Source: Minisyncoccota bacterium | GTDB taxonomy: Bacteria > Patescibacteriota > Minisyncoccia > UBA6257 > 1-14-0-10-44-23 | Assembly (NCBI GenBank): GCA_041389085.1 | Contig: JAWKSL010000001.1 | Coordinates: forward strand, 34,921-98,920 | Length of the DNA stretch: 64,000 bases | Reading direction: 5' to 3' | Part shown: in pieces, positions 59,677-64,000 of the stretch | Position numbering within the stretch: position 1 is the first letter of the stretch | How the letters are laid out: every line of letters begins with the position of its first letter | The notes under the pieces: generated by a model | Seen by the model: the letters and a program-made list of their open reading frames with translations, nothing else | What the model was told of the DNA's origin: nothing | Databases searched by the model: none | Translations under genes and position numbers: made by a program

Positions 59677-60114
59677 CTACTCCTCGATCTCTTGGAAGGC
59701 CGGCTTGCGCAGACCGTCTACCTCCATTTGGAGGTGAGGCTGGCCCGGGACGAACCAGACGTCTTCGCTCCAGATGACTTCGCCGTCCTGGAACTCTGCG
59801 CCGATCTGAATCCAACCACCCTCGGGTGGTAGATTCTTCTCGACGATGTCTCGGTTCCAGACCTTACCGACATAGCCGACCTGAACGCCTACACCCCCGA
59901 CACCAACCCCTCCGGTCGTCAAGAAACTTCCGTCAGGGTCGCGCACCGGGAAAGCGTAGATCTCGCGACCCATGCTGTCCATGTTGAGCACAGATGCAAC
60001 CTGGGTCGCATGGACGTCGATGGGAACGGGGGTTCCGCTCCCGGCCGACCCACCACCGCAGGCGGTGAGGGTGAGTGCCAGCGCGAGGCTGGCGAGGATG
60101 AAGTAGATGCGCAT
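59677..60114 (-). CDS. GC-rich putative lipoprotein
   Basis: GAAGGAGG SD; MRIYFILASLALALTLTA-C lipobox, Gly/Ser linker. Confidence 0.8.
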   Translation of the reverse strand: MRIYFILASLALALTLTACGGGSAGSGTPVPIDVHATQVASVLNMDSMGREIYAFPVRDPDGSFLTTGGVGVGGVGVQVGYVGKVWNRDIVEKNLPPEGGWIQIGAEFQDGEVIWSEDVWFVPGQPHLQMEVDGLRKPAFQEIEE

Positions 60115-60200
60115 TCGCGCCTCCTTCCCCAGCATGTGCTGGCTTCTAACTTGCCTTGAGCGCTACCCACCGTGGGCTGCGCTTTCGCAAGACTAATTTT

Positions 60201-60229
60201 TGTATAGCAAATAATTATTGTTTTGTCAA
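60201..60229 (-). promoter_or_regulatory. Sigma70 promoter of lipoprotein cassette
   Basis: TTGACA-17-TATACA with extended TG; long 5' hairpin follows. Confidence 0.7.
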
Positions 60230-60334
60230 TGTCAAGTCATTGGCTGTGGATAATTATTATCCCCTTTTTCAGCGCTTTTGAATGCCTAAAACTGCTACAA
60301 TAGTAGGTAGATAATTAATCGTATATACGTTTTC

Positions 60335-60892
60335 ATGGACCCAATTCAAACTCAGCAAGGGCCAGTACAACCTGCTGCCCCTTTGCAAGCTGCTCCGAGC
60401 GCACCAATGCCTGTAGCAGAATCTGCTCCGCATAAGCGCGGAGGGCATATCGTTCTCTTTATAATTATTTTTATACTTGGCATTGTGCTCGGTGGCTTCC
60501 TTGGCTACCTCTGGCGAGGCATGAAAATAGACGAAAGCCTTATTTATGATCAGGCAGCTCTGGAGAGTGCTGCTGCGGAGGCTCACTCTCGTGTTCTCTC
60601 TGAGATTGAAGCAGAAAAATCCGCTGCTTTAAAAAGTGCAATTGGGGAGGTCCTCAGTGTTGAAGCGACCAGTATTCGTATACGGTTTTCTCGAGAAGGG
60701 ATTGGGGAAGATTTGCTACTACTTACCGATGAGAATACAAAATTTTCTTCTTTTGATAACTCAACAGATATCCCAACTCCGGTTGAAATAACTGCTGCAG
60801 ATATAGTGGTGGGAGATACAGTAACTGCCAACTTTAATGAAAGTGTCGAACAAAACCTAGAACTATACGCATATGAAATCATTAAGATATAA
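60335..60892 (+). CDS. Membrane-anchored hypothetical protein
   Basis: Pro/Gln-rich N-terminus, one TM segment, small beta-rich C-terminal domain. Confidence 0.75.
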   Translation: MDPIQTQQGPVQPAAPLQAAPSAPMPVAESAPHKRGGHIVLFIIIFILGIVLGGFLGYLWRGMKIDESLIYDQAALESAAAEAHSRVLSEIEAEKSAALKSAIGEVLSVEATSIRIRFSREGIGEDLLLLTDENTKFSSFDNSTDIPTPVEITAADIVVGDTVTANFNESVEQNLELYAYEIIKI

Positions 60893-62168
60893 AAAGAAAA
60901 AGCAGCACCCACTCGCTGTAGCGCTCTGCCTACTCTTTCTTTCCTTTGCAGCCTTCGTTGTAGTTAAAAACGCTTCAGCAGTAGAGCTCAATGGTCAGGC
61001 AGACTTTCGCCTTTCCATTCAACTTAACGATAAAACCTGTGGTCAGCAAAATGGCACTCCGCGATCTGCTGGATTTTTAAGTCAAGGAGCCGGATATGCT
61101 CAATCGGATTGGGCGACTGACTCAAATGGTTTTGATCCTGACTGTGCTCGTCTAGGCCTTGAATCTCAAGGTGGAAACACTGTTCCGACTACCGACTTTC
61201 GGGTATGTATACAAGTAAGTGATGATATTGCTTATAGCTTTATGAGCCAAAGAGTAGTTAATGTGAACCAAGTCGGTATTGAGCGTTGCACCCCATATGT
61301 TAGTGAGGGTGGTGGTTGGAGTGAGTGGGCTTACGATGGAGGTACTGGGTCCGATCGAGCATTTGATCCTGATGCTGTCCGTCTTCGAATAGAAGCTAAT
61401 AGCACTCCTTTAGAGGGTATTGAAATTGATAATATGAGATTCGGCATTCAACTCTCTGATGATCAATGTACGGGCCAGTTTGGAGCGCCGGAGTTTACTC
61501 CTTGGCTTGTAGATGTTGGGATGAATAGCGCCTCTGAGCACTGGTCAAACTGGGCAAAGGATGGGGGGCCAAACTACAAAGACCCTGACTGTGTACGCAT
61601 AAAAATGGAAGTCATCACAAACCCAGTTGGTAATAATGAGGACGAAGAGCTTCCTGACACTCCTGCATGTTCTGATGGTATAGACAACGACAGTGATGGT
61701 TCAGCTGACTATCCAAGCGATCCTGGATGCGCCAGCGCTGACGACAATAGTGAAGCTGATAATGCTCAGAATGCTTGCGAAAACGGCGAAGACGATGATG
61801 GAGATGGCCTTGTAGACATGAACGACCCTGGCTGTGCTAGCCCAAGCGATGATGACGAGACCGACCCTATTGCCTGCAACTTTGCTGCAAACCCAACTTC
61901 GCTCGTAAAAGGAATTGGTACGAGTAAACTTACCTGGGACTGCCGACACAGCGACGGAACAGTTATGACCGGTACCGTATCTATTGTTGACGACAACGCT
62001 GCGCAAACATTTGCTGGCCTTGGAAACAACCTTGGTGCAGCAGGGTCTGTAAACGTTGCTCCTGAACAGACTACACGCTTTACTCTCAGCCCATCTCTCT
62101 CAGGACTTATTCCTGAAACAGCAACGGTGCGTATAGAAAACAGTAGCTTCGATGAAGATATTCCGTAG
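60873..62168 (+). CDS. Secreted repeat protein
   Basis: Signal peptide; three repeats ending S.WA.D..DPD; two C..G.D.D.DG..D...DPGC repeats. Confidence 0.8.
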   Translation: MKSLRYKKKKQHPLAVALCLLFLSFAAFVVVKNASAVELNGQADFRLSIQLNDKTCGQQNGTPRSAGFLSQGAGYAQSDWATDSNGFDPDCARLGLESQGGNTVPTTDFRVCIQVSDDIAYSFMSQRVVNVNQVGIERCTPYVSEGGGWSEWAYDGGTGSDRAFDPDAVRLRIEANSTPLEGIEIDNMRFGIQLSDDQCTGQFGAPEFTPWLVDVGMNSASEHWSNWAKDGGPNYKDPDCVRIKMEVITNPVGNNEDEELPDTPACSDGIDNDSDGSADYPSDPGCASADDNSEADNAQNACENGEDDDGDGLVDMNDPGCASPSDDDETDPIACNFAANPTSLVKGIGTSKLTWDCRHSDGTVMTGTVSIVDDNAAQTFAGLGNNLGAAGSVNVAPEQTTRFTLSPSLSGLIPETATVRIENSSFDEDIP

Positions 62169-62185
62169 GAACTTATAAAACGATC

Positions 62186-62225
62186 TAACAAAAAACTCTA
62201 GAGTTAACTCTAGAGTTTTTTGTTA
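62186..62225. terminator. 40-bp perfect palindrome / bidirectional terminator
   Basis: taacaaaaaactctagagtt|aactctagagttttttgtta, between convergent genes. Confidence 0.8.
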
Positions 62226-63461
62226 CGCGCTTATCTTTGGATCTTTTTTCGAGAAAACTGTGATTGATCTGTTTTCTTTTTTGAATATCTCCTTCGCTAA
62301 ACTCATCACCTTCTCTGGTTTTATATTTTTTAGCTCTTTGAGGAATTTCTCACCTGTCGCTCCCCTTCCATGAATTGCAATATTTTTGTACCACCAAATT
62401 CTTTCTGTAATGTCTGTATCATCCGAAAGCGTAGATGTGGTTAATGAGTTTTTGTGGTTTTCGAGCTCACCTTTGTTGAGATCTTTCTTTATTTTTTCTA
62501 GCTCTTGATTTATGAGGCTTATAGCTTTCTCTGCATTCTTGTTTTCAGCACTAAACCTAAATAAAACTGTTGATACATCAGCATACATGTCGAAATAGTC
62601 ACTTACCCAATAGGTTAGATTCTCTTCTATGCGAAGCTTTTTGTTCAATCTGCCAATCCAACTTCCTGCTAGCGCGCTCATTAGGGTTGCTGTAAGGACC
62701 TGCTTTTCTACCTCCTTTATCTGAGGCATTCTAAAGCTCACTGCGATTATCGAATTGCTAATATCTTTTTTTACAAATGAATATGCCTTTGGCTCTTTAA
62801 ACTTTTCCTTCCTTGCTTTTAAGGCTTTCCCCTTTATTACTCCTGCTGTTAGCTTTTCTAGCTCCTTTTCTATTTTCTTTTGATTGAAGTTTCCTGTTAT
62901 TACAAACACCGTGTTTGAGAGGGTGTAGTACCTTTTATACCAATCCTGAATATCCTTCTTGCTTATCGCGCGGATACTTTTTTTACTCCCGAGAACACTT
63001 CTAAACGATGACATTGGAAATAAATTCTCCAATGCAACTTCTGCTATCTGATCCTCTGGAGAATTTTCTCTGCTCGCTTGCTCGTCGATTATCGCCCCTG
63101 CCTCCTCTCTTACGTCTTGCTCTGTAAATTCACTGCTAAACATTCCATCTACAAAGACCTCTAGTGATTCACTTGTAGCCTCTTTTCTTTGAAGGTGATA
63201 GTAGTAGCTGTATTCGCTTCCAGTGTATGCGTTAAATTGAATTCCCTTTTCTGCAAGAAAATTAAGCCTATCTTGATAGATTGGAAACATTTTTGTTTTT
63301 TTCATGAGCACGTGCTCAAAGAAATGAGCTAATCCCTCTTTCCCTTTTATATCTTCGCGTGCTCCTACATTTACCCACGCAGAAATAAGCGAAAGCTTTT
63401 CACTTGGCTCGTTTACAAAAATTACTCTTGCACCTGATTTTAATGTTTTTTCGTTTTTCAT
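62223..63461 (-). CDS. M16-family (insulinase-like) metallopeptidase
   Basis: GARED..KEGLAHFFEH, FNAYT, ITGN, RL.KKLRIEENLTY; true start MKNEKTL at 63461 (412 aa). Confidence 0.9.
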   Translation of the reverse strand: MKNEKTLKSGARVIFVNEPSEKLSLISAWVNVGAREDIKGKEGLAHFFEHVLMKKTKMFPIYQDRLNFLAEKGIQFNAYTGSEYSYYYHLQRKEATSESLEVFVDGMFSSEFTEQDVREEAGAIIDEQASRENSPEDQIAEVALENLFPMSSFRSVLGSKKSIRAISKKDIQDWYKRYYTLSNTVFVITGNFNQKKIEKELEKLTAGVIKGKALKARKEKFKEPKAYSFVKKDISNSIIAVSFRMPQIKEVEKQVLTATLMSALAGSWIGRLNKKLRIEENLTYWVSDYFDMYADVSTVLFRFSAENKNAEKAISLINQELEKIKKDLNKGELENHKNSLTTSTLSDDTDITERIWWYKNIAIHGRGATGEKFLKELKNIKPEKVMSLAKEIFKKENRSITVFSKKDPKISA

Positions 63462-63497
63462 AAAAAGATGAGCGCACCCTTCAAGGAAGGGGCGCTC
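63462..63497 (-). terminator. Hairpin/terminator between peptide 2 and M16 peptidase
   Basis: Minus strand gagcgc-cccttc-ctt-gaaggg-t-gcgctc-atcttttt, then the peptidase ATG. Confidence 0.7.
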
Positions 63498-63511
63498 TGT
63501 TGTTGCCCGGG

Positions 63512-63628
63512 CTACTTCCCGCGCTTGCCGGAGCCGCCGCCCGAGCTTCCGCCCTTGCCGCCGCGCTGGCCGCCGGAACCACTCCGGCCCTTGCCGCTCC
63601 CACCGGAGCCCTTGCTCTTCTTGCTCAT
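63512..63628 (-). CDS. 38-aa Gly/Ser/Lys-rich basic peptide (below ORF-track cutoff)
   Basis: MSKKSKGSGGSGKGRSGSGGQRGGKGGSSGGGSGKRGK; GAGGAGG SD; 85/117 nt G+C; all 7 Lys = AAG. Confidence 0.72.
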   Translation of the reverse strand: MSKKSKGSGGSGKGRSGSGGQRGGKGGSSGGGSGKRGK

Positions 63629-63632
63629 CACG

Positions 63633-63719
63633 CCTCCTCTCTTGGGGGTTTACTACCTGCAGACTATCTACCGGTAGTGATGGCACCCCTATATTCAGTT
63701 TTATTTACTTATTTGTCAA
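63633..63719 (-). promoter_or_regulatory. Promoter, 5' hairpin and SD of peptide cassette 2
   Basis: TTGACA at 63714-63719 (weak -10 match); hairpin GGGGT..ACTACC..GGTAGT..ACCCC; GAGAGGAGG. Confidence 0.65.
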
Positions 63720-63720
63720 G

Positions 63721-64000
63721 TTATTTTCTTATATTTTCTTCTGTGCCGTCTTGATTGAGGCGGATTACTTTTGACGCCTGTGCGCCATCGCACTGGCCTT
63801 CGTCTACGTATACTGCGATTTTGTCTGAAAAATATTTCTTCGCCTCTTCTATATTTTTTGCCGGGGGCTGGCCTTCTATGTTTGCACTTGGTGCTATGAG
63901 CGGGCCGGTCTTTTTTAGCAGCTTTTTTAAATCTTTCTTTGCTGGGAGGCGGAAGGCGAGGCTTTTGTTTCCTCTGTGTAGATATTCGAGCTCTCTTGGC
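63721..64000 (-). CDS. tsaC: Threonylcarbamoyl-AMP synthase (Sua5/TsaC), 3' part only
   Basis: YLHRG..SLAFRLP..GPLIAPSANIEG.PPA; stop at 63721. Confidence 0.85.
   Translation of the reverse strand, partial: PRELEYLHRGNKSLAFRLPAKKDLKKLLKKTGPLIAPSANIEGQPPAKNIEEAKKYFSDKIAVYVDEGQCDGAQASKVIRLNQDGTEENIRK

Noticed and set aside
63462-63686. 75-aa N-terminal extension of the M16 peptidase in the ORF track
   Set aside because: It runs through a leader, an SD-led peptide ORF in another frame and a terminator; peptidase similarity starts at Met 63461.
1-64000. Alternative genetic code (UGA = Gly, as in Gracilibacteria/Absconditabacteria)
   Set aside because: Conserved genes translate full-length under code 11 without internal UGA.

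Overview
A 64-kb chromosomal segment from a low-GC, genome-reduced bacterium. It is most consistent with Patescibacteria/CPR (Parcubacteria-like): no rpmD, no rplI after rpsR, trimmed ribosomal proteins, and native genes that lack Shine-Dalgarno (SD) sites and have very short leaders. Core content: rpoB-rpoC-rpsF-ssb-rpsR; the str/S10/spc cluster (rpsL to secY) followed by pgk; cell-wall and segregation genes (mltG, rodA/ftsW, mraY, a D,D-carboxypeptidase, scpAB); dnaX, tRNA-Gln, RNase P RNA, DsbA/VKOR; and a surface-protein cluster with cohesin/dockerin-like modules. The most unusual signal is six self-contained GC-rich cassettes scattered through this background. Each has an AT-rich sigma70-like promoter, a 5' stem-loop, an SD site (strong in four), a GC-rich CDS and a 3' stem-loop. 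They encode two proteins resembling targets of diversity-generating retroelements (DGRs), two predicted lipoproteins, and two tiny basic peptides, each directly upstream of its own M16 metallopeptidase. Several dispersed palindromic or structured intergenic repeat families are also present. All assignments come from reading the sequence and recognising motifs; no searches were run.
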